Source: an uncultured Candidatus Saccharibacteria bacterium
Lineage (GTDB): Bacteria; Patescibacteriota; UBA1384; XYA2-FULL-43-10; 1-14-0-10-43-13
DNA: 32,000 bases
Assembly: GCA_964543385.1 (NCBI GenBank)
Contig: CAZIYE010000001.1
Coordinates: forward strand, 450,001 to 482,000
Direction: 5' to 3'
Under the pieces are notes generated by a model that searched no databases, was not told the DNA's origin, and was given only the letters and a program-made list of their open reading frames with translations. The position numbers and the translations under genes are program-made. Below, piece by piece: positions 24,810 to 31,815 of the stretch. How positions within the stretch are numbered: the first letter of the stretch is position 1; each line of letters opens with the position of its first letter.

Positions 24810-25403
24810 ATGACTGAGTGGATAACAACCAAGGAAGCTGGAGAGATCTTAGGCGTCAGCATTAGGACTATTCAAAGATATGTGGAAAAAGGTAAATTAA
24901 AGACCAAAGTTATATCTGGCAAAAATTCAGTAAAAAAAGATGCTATTGTTAAACTCAAGCCTGAAAGCCAAACCCCTGGTACAACAAATCAAGAGACTAA
25001 TAATGGACAGAAGGTTCAGTCAAATCATAGCTGGCAGATACCAGATGGATACTTATTAATTGATAAATCGACCCTTGAGAGCTTAAGAGAACAGATAAAA
25101 AAACTGACAGACAGCGTCGGAGAAATGCAACTAACGCAAAAACTTCTAATTGAAAAGGGGTTAAACTTAAAAGAAAACAATAGCGAAGAGCTATCTCTAG
25201 GAGAGTCAACACCGCTATCCTCAATACAGCCCGAATCTTCATTAATTGACACACCCATTGAGAGTGTAGCAAAAGCCCACGAGGACTTTTTTGGCAAAAA
25301 GAAAAACAACGGGTTAAATTTACTTTGGATTATTCCCTCTGTAATAGTGGGCTTAATAATAGTAATATTGATTATCAATTCATTTGCCGGCATATCACTT
25401 TAG
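24810..25403 (+). CDS. Excisionase/MerR-type HTH DNA-binding protein with C-terminal transmembrane anchor
   Basis: The N-terminus ITTKEAGEILGVSIRTIQRYVEKGKL matches the HTH_17/excisionase pattern. Central low-complexity and coiled-coil region. C-terminal TM LLWIIPSVIVGLIIVILIINSF. SD AGAGGGA. Confidence 0.65.
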   Translation: MTEWITTKEAGEILGVSIRTIQRYVEKGKLKTKVISGKNSVKKDAIVKLKPESQTPGTTNQETNNGQKVQSNHSWQIPDGYLLIDKSTLESLREQIKKLTDSVGEMQLTQKLLIEKGLNLKENNSEELSLGESTPLSSIQPESSLIDTPIESVAKAHEDFFGKKKNNGLNLLWIIPSVIVGLIIVILIINSFAGISL

Positions 25404-25418
25404 CCAACAGTTCTAGAG

Positions 25419-26021
25419 CTAATACTGCTCCAAACGCTCGTTAACCTTTGGCCAATTTACCACTTGCCAGAAATTATTAGCGTATGACTTTTTATCATTC
25501 TTGTAGTCTATATAATAAGCGTGTTCCCACATATCTAAAACTAATAGTATTTTTTGTTCAGGGGATAAATTTAAGTTATGATTACCTATCTGAAAAATTA
25601 GTAGGCGACGCGTCAGGACATCGTACGTCAATATTGCCCAACCCGAACCCTCGATTGTCGTGGCGCATTCAGTAAATTCTGAAATGAATCTCTCCAGATC
25701 ACCAAATTCAGAGTCAAGCATATCTATGATCTTATTCTTTGGCTTTTCAAATTGAGAAATTGGTATTAAATTTTCCCAGAATAGATTATGCAGGACACTA
25801 CCACCTATATTAAAAGATAGTTTCTTAGCGACAACACCAACATCTATCTCATCACCATCGGCTCTAGAGTCGTCAACTTTTTTTAATAATTCGTTACTTT
25901 TTTCTATGTATACTCTATGATGCTTGTTATAGTGAACGTCTGTTTGTTGCCTAGACAAGACAGGCTCCAAGGCATCTAAATCATAGTGTAACACTGGTAA
26001 ATTATAAAATTTATTATTCAT
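25419..26021 (-). CDS. Fe/Mn-family superoxide dismutase
   Basis: LPVLHYDLDALEP, VHYNKHH and DMWEHAYYIDY metal-ligand motifs. The ATG at 26021 (SD GAGGA) is preferred over 26042. Metal specificity is not determinable by eye. Confidence 0.9.
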   Translation of the reverse strand: MNNKFYNLPVLHYDLDALEPVLSRQQTDVHYNKHHRVYIEKSNELLKKVDDSRADGDEIDVGVVAKKLSFNIGGSVLHNLFWENLIPISQFEKPKNKIIDMLDSEFGDLERFISEFTECATTIEGSGWAILTYDVLTRRLLIFQIGNHNLNLSPEQKILLVLDMWEHAYYIDYKNDKKSYANNFWQVVNWPKVNERLEQY

Positions 26022-26173
26022 AAATATCCTCATATTATCCATAAAAGAAGATACAATCTTACAATAATAATTTATATGGTCAATATAACAACAGAGGGGA
26101 ACTAGCGACGATTACGTATTTTAAAATTTGAAAAGCGCTGGCAAATTTTAGATATACAAACATCCAGCGAAAG

Positions 26174-26202
26174 TTGAATTTATCAATAAAAAATGTTATT
26201 AT
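26174..26202 (+). promoter_or_regulatory. Putative promoter upstream of tRNA-Ser(UGA)
   Basis: TTGAAT (26174-26179), 17 nt spacer, then TGtTATTAT (-10 at 26197-26202). It implies a leader of roughly 65 nt before the tRNA. Confidence 0.4.
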
Positions 26203-26273
26203 CTTTAAAGATTAAGCACGGATAATTAATTGCCAAGATATCGCAATCTATTATCTACACGATTCAGCTACCT

Positions 26274-26361
26274 GGAGAGGTCGCATAGTGGTCTAGTGCG
26301 GCGGTCTTGAAAACCGCTGAGCCGCAAGGTTCCGTGGGTTCGAATCCCACCCTCTCCGCCA
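26274..26361 (+). tRNA. tRNA-Ser (anticodon UGA), CCA encoded
   Basis: GGAGAGGTCGCATAGTGGTCTAGTGCGGCGGTCTTGAAAACCGCTGAGCCGCAAGGTTCCGTGGGTTCGAATCCCACCCTCTCCGCCA. Anticodon stem GCGGT/ACCGC, loop CUUGAAA. Long variable arm. Confidence 0.85.
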
Positions 26362-26396
26362 AAAACAAGTTACTCGTTTCGAGTGACTTGTTTTTG
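26362..26396 (+). terminator. Intrinsic terminator after tRNA-Ser(UGA)
   Basis: ACAAGTTACTCG / CGAGTGACTTGT stem (one G-U pair) with a small loop, followed by T5. Confidence 0.7.
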
Positions 26397-26414
26397 TGGT
26401 TAGAATTTGGACAG

Positions 26415-26444
26415 AAAAATGACAGTCTTTTAACGTCATTTTTT
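26415..26444 (+). terminator. Second terminator-like hairpin
   Basis: AAAAATGAC (26415-26423) / GTCATTTTT (26435-26443) with an 11-nt loop and a T-tract. Confidence 0.45.
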
Positions 26445-26496
26445 AGTTAAGGCTATATACAAAACACTTTGTTGTTTTGATACCTTACTACAGAAT

Positions 26497-26570
26497 GGGG
26501 GAGAAAGCTAATTTTGAAAGCGAAACTTCTAGCATAGAAGTTGAAGGTGAAAACCCTTCCTCCTCCGCCA
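26497..26570 (+). ncRNA. tRNA-shaped element (non-canonical; possible tRNA-like RNA or decayed tRNA)
   Basis: The 74-nt sequence GGGGGAGAAAGCTAATTTTGAAAGCGAAACTTCTAGCATAGAAGTTGAAGGTGAAAACCCTTCCTCCTCCGCCA has a 7-bp acceptor stem (GGGGGAG/CTCCTCC, one G-U), a 5-bp anticodon-like stem (ACTTC/GAAGT, loop TAGCATA) and a 5-bp T-like stem (GAAGG/CCTTC, loop TGAAAAC). It ends in G73-CCA. The D-loop GG and the T-loop TTC are both missing. Confidence 0.3.
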
Positions 26571-26597
26571 TCCTAAAATACTGTTTCAAAATAAGCA

Positions 26598-27305
26598 CTA
26601 AATATTTCTCGTCACCACAGCTCCATATATCCTCTTAGCCCCTGCTTGTTTTAAAATCCTGGCACATTCGCTAAGAGTAGCTCCTGTTGTAAAAACATCA
26701 TCAATCAACAATATATTCTTACCAAAAACAAATTCATTATCATCACATTTGAAGGCGTCTATCATATTATTATATCTACCACTTCTTTGTAATTTTACTT
26801 GATTCTTAGTATTTTTAATTCTTATTAACGCATCAGCACCAGATATGCATAGCCTTTTAGATAAATACCTTGCAATTAATTCAGATTGGTTGAACCCACG
26901 TATGTTATATTTTAGGCGATGCAAAGGAACGGGAACTATCACTATATCGGTTGGAATATCCATATTTTTAATACGCTGATAGATTAGTTCTCCACATATG
27001 TCAGATAGACCGGTAAGCCCATGATATTTAAAGCTTTTTATCAGCTGCTTAACTATGAGCGAATGATAGCTAGTCGCAACATATACCGAGAAAAGATGAC
27101 TGTTATTTTTATTCCTGCAACGAGGACAAAACCTTGAATTTACCGATATTCTTCCACACCCAGGACAGGTTGAAGTGGCTGTTTTTTCTACGTTAGAAAG
27201 GCAATTGCAACATAAGAGATACCCATATTCTCCACAAAATATACACTTGTTTGGAAAGAATAAATTTATAATATTTTCGTAGGTTTTATTTAGCCAAAGG
27301 TGCAT
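26598..27305 (-). CDS. comFC: ComF-family phosphoribosyltransferase-domain protein (ComFC-like)
   Basis: N-terminal zinc-ribbon cysteines CIFC...CCNC...CPGC...CPRC. C-terminal PRTase motif ILLIDDVFTTGATL. Confidence 0.8.
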   Translation of the reverse strand: MHLWLNKTYENIINLFFPNKCIFCGEYGYLLCCNCLSNVEKTATSTCPGCGRISVNSRFCPRCRNKNNSHLFSVYVATSYHSLIVKQLIKSFKYHGLTGLSDICGELIYQRIKNMDIPTDIVIVPVPLHRLKYNIRGFNQSELIARYLSKRLCISGADALIRIKNTKNQVKLQRSGRYNNMIDAFKCDDNEFVFGKNILLIDDVFTTGATLSECARILKQAGAKRIYGAVVTRNI

Positions 27306-27313
27306 TTGAGGTC

Positions 27314-27319
27314 ATTTTA
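27314..27319 (-). promoter_or_regulatory. Candidate -10 box of comFC (leaderless configuration)
   Basis: The minus strand reads TAAAAT, then 8 nt (GACCTCAA), then the ATG at 27305. There is no SD. Confidence 0.3.
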
Positions 27320-27363
27320 CCGTTAAAAAATTTTATGCGCAATTATCCACTACTTTTATGTAG

Positions 27364-27391
27364 TTGACTATTTTCTCCATTAATTTATAAT
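27364..27391 (+). promoter_or_regulatory. Putative promoter of the hsp20 gene
   Basis: TTGACT (27364-27369), 16 nt spacer, then TATAAT (27386-27391). Strong SD AAGGAGGG before the ATG. Confidence 0.5.
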
Positions 27392-27444
27392 TAGAATATG
27401 TTATTGTGATATTTGCTTATTTTTCCTAGTTCCTAAAGGAGGGA

Positions 27445-27819
27445 ATGATGAAAGATGGGGGCCAAGATTGGCTTTCAGATGAAACCGAGGGACAGCTTTC
27501 TGTAGATGTTTACCATGATGAGCATAGCATCTATATCTTAGCCCCTATTGCTGGCGTCAAAGCATCTGACGTCGATATTTCTATTACTGACGAAGTTGTT
27601 ACAGTAAAAGGCAATAGGACCCCTGGCCATGAGTTCGATGATGATAAACATTTCACACAAGAATGTTATTGGGGCCCATTTTCCCGCTCTTATGTATTAC
27701 CTATCGCTGTAAACTCCGAAAGCGCTAAGGCAACACTAAAAGATGGTTTGCTTCGGATTGAAATACCAAAAGACGAAAAAGTTAAAACTAAAGTTATAAA
27801 GATTAATGAGTCGAAATAA
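27445..27819 (+). CDS. Small heat-shock protein, Hsp20/alpha-crystallin family
   Basis: Alpha-crystallin domain LSVDVYHDEHSIYILAPIAGVKASDVDISI...VTVKG...GLLRIEIPK. 124 aa. Confidence 0.88.
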   Translation: MMKDGGQDWLSDETEGQLSVDVYHDEHSIYILAPIAGVKASDVDISITDEVVTVKGNRTPGHEFDDDKHFTQECYWGPFSRSYVLPIAVNSESAKATLKDGLLRIEIPKDEKVKTKVIKINESK

Positions 27820-27836
27820 TTATCCGTTGATTTTTT

Positions 27837-27868
27837 AAGGGCTATTACTTTAAACTAGCTCTTTTTTT
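27837..27868 (+). terminator. Intrinsic terminator after hsp20
   Basis: AAGGGCTA (27837-27844) / TAGCTCTT (27856-27863), an 8-bp stem with one G-U pair and an 11-nt loop, followed by a T7 tract. Confidence 0.5.
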
Positions 27869-27869
27869 A

Positions 27870-27878
27870 TGTTATAAT
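27870..27878 (+). promoter_or_regulatory. Extended -10 promoter upstream of galU
   Basis: TGTTATAAT lies immediately after the hsp20 terminator T-tract. About a 64-nt leader with SD AGAGAGG before the ATG at 27943. Confidence 0.5.
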
Positions 27879-27942
27879 TATTTCACATAAGCAATGATTA
27901 CTATTTTGCTTAGAAAATCTAGACAAAGTTAAGAGAGGTACC

Positions 27943-28827
27943 ATGAGAAAAATTAGAAAAGCAGTAATTCCAGCTGCCGGCTACGGCACACGTTTTTTGC
28001 CAGTTACCAAGGCAATGCCAAAAGAAATGTTGCCCATCGTAGATAAGCCCGTTATTCAATATGTTGTCGAGGAACTAGTGGAAGCGGGGATTGAACAAAT
28101 TATAATTGTAACCGGCTGGCACAAGAGAGCTATCGAGGATCATTTTGACAGGCACCTTGAACTCGAATATAAGCTCAAAGAGAGTGGTAAACTAGAACAA
28201 TTAGAAGAAATAAAAAAGCTATCTGAGATGGCCGAATTTGTATATGTAAGACAAAGACAACAAAGGGGGAATGGCGATGCAATCCTAACAGCAAAGAATA
28301 TAGTAGGGGACGAACCATTTATTGTTTTTTGGGGAGACGATTTTATTTCAGCAGAACCAAGTAGGGCTAGACAACTTATTAGCGCTTACGATAAATATCA
28401 AACCACAATACTAGGAGGAGTCAGGACCAATGACCCTGCAGACGCTAAAAAATATGGTTTTGCTAAAGGGATAGAAATGGCTGATGGAGCTATAAAAATA
28501 GAAGAACTTATTGAAAAGCCCGGTATGGATAAAATGCCTTCAAACCTTGCCATAGTTTCTGGACAAGTTTATTCTCCGGACATTTTTAGCGCACTAGAGA
28601 GTATTAATGTCAGAGAAGGGGAAGAATTAGTCTACATCGACGGGGTCAATAAATTAAGAGAAGAAGGAAAAGATGCTTACGCCGTTGAAATAAAGAACGG
28701 TAAATATTATGATTGTGGTAATGTTGATCAATATTTAAAGACCAATATAGAAATTGCCCTTAAAAGACGGGGTAAAGACAGTGATCTTGCAGATTTTATA
28801 AGAAAAATTGCACAAGAAATTGAATGA
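27943..28827 (+). CDS. galU: UTP--glucose-1-phosphate uridylyltransferase
   Basis: KAVIPAAGYGTRFLPVTKAMPKEMLPIVDKP signature, VEKP-like EKPG. 294 aa. Confidence 0.9.
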   Translation: MRKIRKAVIPAAGYGTRFLPVTKAMPKEMLPIVDKPVIQYVVEELVEAGIEQIIIVTGWHKRAIEDHFDRHLELEYKLKESGKLEQLEEIKKLSEMAEFVYVRQRQQRGNGDAILTAKNIVGDEPFIVFWGDDFISAEPSRARQLISAYDKYQTTILGGVRTNDPADAKKYGFAKGIEMADGAIKIEELIEKPGMDKMPSNLAIVSGQVYSPDIFSALESINVREGEELVYIDGVNKLREEGKDAYAVEIKNGKYYDCGNVDQYLKTNIEIALKRRGKDSDLADFIRKIAQEIE

Positions 28828-28864
28828 TAATATAATGCGTCTCAGAAATGAGGCTGGAGGGTAG

Positions 28865-30241
28865 ATGAAACACTTTTTCAAAATTTCTAGCTATATCCTA
28901 ATAGCAATATTTTTTTCTATTGCGCTTTCCGGCTGTACAAAGAAGGACAAAGAAGATCCAAAAGCTAAAGAGATTATCGTTTGGAGTTTTGAAGACGAAG
29001 ATATTTGGAAGCCTGTAGCCAAGACATTTGCTACAAAGTACAAAGGCTATAAACTGATCTATCAGAAACAAACATTTGACTCTGATTATGAGAATCGTGT
29101 ATTAAATTCTATTTTATCTAATCAAGGTCCAGACGTCTGGAATATGCCCAGTGACTGGGTTTACAGACACAAAGACAAGTTAGCTTCTATCTCTAAGAAG
29201 GGGATTGGCATAGATAAATATATCCAATCTATCAATCAATCGGTGACATTTGATGAAAAAGTTTACGCTCTTTCTCCATATGCAGAACCATTGATGGTAT
29301 ATTACAACCCAAAAATATTTGAGAATGCCCTCCGTGAATATAACGATGCAAATACAGGATCTGAGAACATCGAAAACCGCAAAGAAGCAAGCAGACTCCT
29401 GAGAGAGGTTCCTCAAACATGGACCGATTTTATAAAAACAGTCAATTTAATAACAAAGATAGATCAAGACAACCAATTTGAAATTTCTGGGGTAGCAATG
29501 GGAACAGATAAAATATCAAATTCTGCTGACATCCTTTACCTTTTAATGCTAGAAAATGAGACCAAAATATTGTCAGATAATTTAAAACAAGCAAATTTTA
29601 ATCTGCCGGTAGACACCGCACAAGAAACAAAAGATATACCAGGACTTAGAGCATTAGAGTTTTATACCTCATTTTCTGATCCATCCAGTGAGAATTATTC
29701 TTGGGATGACTCCTTGGGAAATGATATTGAGGCTTTTGTAGAAGGCAAAACGGCAATGATTTTTGGCTATAGTTCACTTCAGAATCACCTCTCGCAGAAA
29801 TACCCAAATTTTAGATATAAAAGAGCTTTTACTCCGCAGCTAACTGCAGAATCATCCAAGGTAGTAGACTATGCTAAAAGTAATGTCTTCGCTGTAACTG
29901 CCTTAACCTCTAAATATGCCGAGAAGCCAAAGGCATGTTGGAATCTTCTTAATATATTATCTAGTGAATCCCCCGCAGATAGCTTTAATTCTGCGCTCAA
30001 AGTTCATACATCAATAAAAGCTTCTGGTGATGTAGATTTTGGAGACAGAAATACCAATAGCCCTGAAAAAGTTTCTCTTGCCACTGCAAAATCTCTGGTT
30101 AAAGGAAGGGACCCGGTAGAATTTGATAGGATCATAAGACAGAGCATAGCCGCAGTCAATCAAGGGGATCAAGATCTACAATCAGCGCTAGACACAGCAG
30201 CAAGAGACATTACAGATATTCTTCGTAAAGAAAATTGGTAA
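28865..30241 (+). CDS. Lipoprotein, extracellular solute-binding protein family 1-like (orphan)
   Basis: Signal peptide with lipobox LSGC (Cys24). Sugar-type SBP features (IIVWSFEDEDIW, GPDVWNMPSDW). SD GGAGGG. No permease or ATPase genes adjacent. Confidence 0.7.
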   Translation: MKHFFKISSYILIAIFFSIALSGCTKKDKEDPKAKEIIVWSFEDEDIWKPVAKTFATKYKGYKLIYQKQTFDSDYENRVLNSILSNQGPDVWNMPSDWVYRHKDKLASISKKGIGIDKYIQSINQSVTFDEKVYALSPYAEPLMVYYNPKIFENALREYNDANTGSENIENRKEASRLLREVPQTWTDFIKTVNLITKIDQDNQFEISGVAMGTDKISNSADILYLLMLENETKILSDNLKQANFNLPVDTAQETKDIPGLRALEFYTSFSDPSSENYSWDDSLGNDIEAFVEGKTAMIFGYSSLQNHLSQKYPNFRYKRAFTPQLTAESSKVVDYAKSNVFAVTALTSKYAEKPKACWNLLNILSSESPADSFNSALKVHTSIKASGDVDFGDRNTNSPEKVSLATAKSLVKGRDPVEFDRIIRQSIAAVNQGDQDLQSALDTAARDITDILRKENW

Positions 30242-30247
30242 AAACTG

Positions 30248-30658
30248 ATGGGTAAAGAAATGTCAAAAAATAAAAAGACGAATCATCGCCTTAAAATTAT
30301 AACCATGTTTATAATTGCGGCTTTCTTAATTTCGATAGCTCTTGTCTTTTTATTTCCTGAGTTTGAAGCGAGTAGCAGTGATGTTTTACCTTCTGGGATT
30401 GATCTGGGTGCTCCTATTCCAGGCTCTGGAGCAACTAGCAATTTCTTTGAATATGTTACTGCTATAGTTGCATTCTGTACTAATATTCTTGGGCCAGTAC
30501 TCGCGATAGCAATGATTATTTATGGAGGATATCGATACATCTTCTCCCAAGGAGATAGCACCGCCTTGACAGAAGGAAAAGACATTATCTTCGGCGCTAT
30601 TATTGGCTATGCGATTCTTTTTCTGACAAAACTCATAATAAATATTATTGGGGTTTAA
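30248..30658 (+). CDS. TrbC/VirB2-like (T4SS-pilin-like) small membrane protein, paralogue 1
   Basis: N-terminal signal/anchor (IITMFIIAAFLISIALVFLF...FEA/SSS), then a helix, the loop IIYGGYRYIFSQGDSTALTEGKD, then a helix. Lies 6 nt after the SBP gene. Confidence 0.6.
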   Translation: MGKEMSKNKKTNHRLKIITMFIIAAFLISIALVFLFPEFEASSSDVLPSGIDLGAPIPGSGATSNFFEYVTAIVAFCTNILGPVLAIAMIIYGGYRYIFSQGDSTALTEGKDIIFGAIIGYAILFLTKLIINIIGV

Positions 30659-30666
30659 CTATATTA

Positions 30667-31029
30667 ATGAAAAAAGTTATTATTGAAAAAATATACTATG
30701 CCTCGTTACTAACAATAGTAATACTAGCGTCTTTTTCAACTGCAAAGGCTGCCACAGGCATCGAGATTAATAGTGGATCGAGCATGGATAGCCTGCCCGC
30801 TATATTAGAATGGCTTATAAATGTATTTTTAGTTGGAATTTTAGGAATAATTGCCTTTGTTGCATTCCTTGTTGGAGGATTTATGTATCTTCTAGCTGGT
30901 TCAGACGCTGCTAAAGCCGAAAAAGGGAAGAAGACTTTAGCTTATGCTGTCACAGGCATGATTTTAGCAATTTTCTCTTATTCTTTCACTTCCATAATAG
31001 TAGATATTTTGAATAATATTTTCCAATGA
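30667..31029 (+). CDS. TrbC/VirB2-like small membrane protein, paralogue 2
   Basis: Sec signal peptide ending AKA/ATG. Helix, loop FLVGGFMYLLAGSDAAKAEKGKK, helix. Confidence 0.6.
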   Translation: MKKVIIEKIYYASLLTIVILASFSTAKAATGIEINSGSSMDSLPAILEWLINVFLVGILGIIAFVAFLVGGFMYLLAGSDAAKAEKGKKTLAYAVTGMILAIFSYSFTSIIVDILNNIFQ

Positions 31030-31364
31030 TCAAATTAATAGAAAAAGTAAGTGCAGAAGTAAAAGTTAATTCCGATCCCATGCCAGATGGGATACTTGGT
31101 TTTGTCCGTCAATTTGGTGGTACAGAGGCAAGCTTGGGTTCCGTAGTAGCAATGATAGAGAAAGCGATTGAAGTAGGGCTCACTTTTGCCGGTGTCTTTG
31201 CTTTAATAATGTTTTTGTGGGGAGCATTCGACTATATGTTTTCTTTAGGTGATGACGAAAAAGTTAAAAAATCTAGCCAAACCATGCTTTGGTCATTCAT
31301 AGGTCTTGTAATTATTGCTGCTGCGCGTACAATATTAAATAGAGTAATTGATTTATTAAAATGA
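31026..31364 (+). CDS. TrbC/VirB2-like small membrane protein, paralogue 3
   Basis: ATGA overlap with paralogue 2. Helix, loop FLWGAFDYMFSLGDDEKVKKSSQ, helix. No obvious signal peptide. Confidence 0.55.
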   Translation: MIKLIEKVSAEVKVNSDPMPDGILGFVRQFGGTEASLGSVVAMIEKAIEVGLTFAGVFALIMFLWGAFDYMFSLGDDEKVKKSSQTMLWSFIGLVIIAAARTILNRVIDLLK

Positions 31365-31374
31365 GGAGGTGTTA

Positions 31375-31695
31375 ATGAGTTTTATTATCAAAGCATTGGC
31401 AGCCAATGATGATGTGAATACTGACAATCTTGGCCTTCAGCTCGTTGGTGGTGCTAGTGATATCCAGGGGTTGATAACGGCAGTTTTGCCATGGGTAAGT
31501 TTAGCAGCAGGTGTAATTGCATTTGCTTATCTAATTTATTCAGGCTTCCTTTATCTTTCAGCCGGTGGTAATGCCGAGTCTGCAAAGAAGGGCCAACAAG
31601 GAATTCTAAATGCAATTATTGGTTTGATTATTATTGCATTGGCCTACACTATCACCACTGCTCTGGTTGGAACATTCAATAATACCACCAGTTAA
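31375..31695 (+). CDS. TrbC/VirB2-like small membrane protein, paralogue 4
   Basis: The ATG at 31375 lies 5 nt after AGGAGG (the track start GTG 31369 sits inside the SD). Helix, loop LIYSGFLYLSAGGNAESAKKGQQ, helix. Confidence 0.6.
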   Translation: MSFIIKALAANDDVNTDNLGLQLVGGASDIQGLITAVLPWVSLAAGVIAFAYLIYSGFLYLSAGGNAESAKKGQQGILNAIIGLIIIALAYTITTALVGTFNNTTS

Positions 31696-31715
31696 TTCTA
31701 GCCATAAAGTCTTAC

Positions 31716-31752
31716 AAAAAGCCCTTAAGTAGTGATGCTAAGGGGCTTTTTT
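31716..31752 (+). terminator. Intrinsic terminator after paralogue 4
   Basis: AAAAAGCCCTTAAG / CTAAGGGGCTTTTTT imperfect hairpin with a GC core and a T6 tract. Confidence 0.65.
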
Positions 31753-31815
31753 AGTAGAAGTTGGCAATATAGCTAATGAATAAATAGTCAGGAGTTTTAA
31801 AATAAAAACAAACAT

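Noticed and set aside
26543-26570. Similarity of ...CCTTCCTCCTCCGCCA to the 3' end of tRNA-Ser(UGA), read as an attL/attR-type duplication left by an integrative element.
   Set aside because: The two copies are only about 200 bp apart with no cargo or integrase between them. Identity is partial (exact for only the last 8 nt). The differences are compensatory within a stem. That fits a structured tRNA-derived element better than an att scar.
26495-26638. 47-aa ORF (MGEKANFESETSSIEVEGENPSSS...) covering the tRNA-like element and overlapping the comFC 3' end in antisense.
   Set aside because: It has no SD or promoter, it overlaps comFC by 41 nt, and its composition is unremarkable. It is kept only as an alternative explanation to be excluded.
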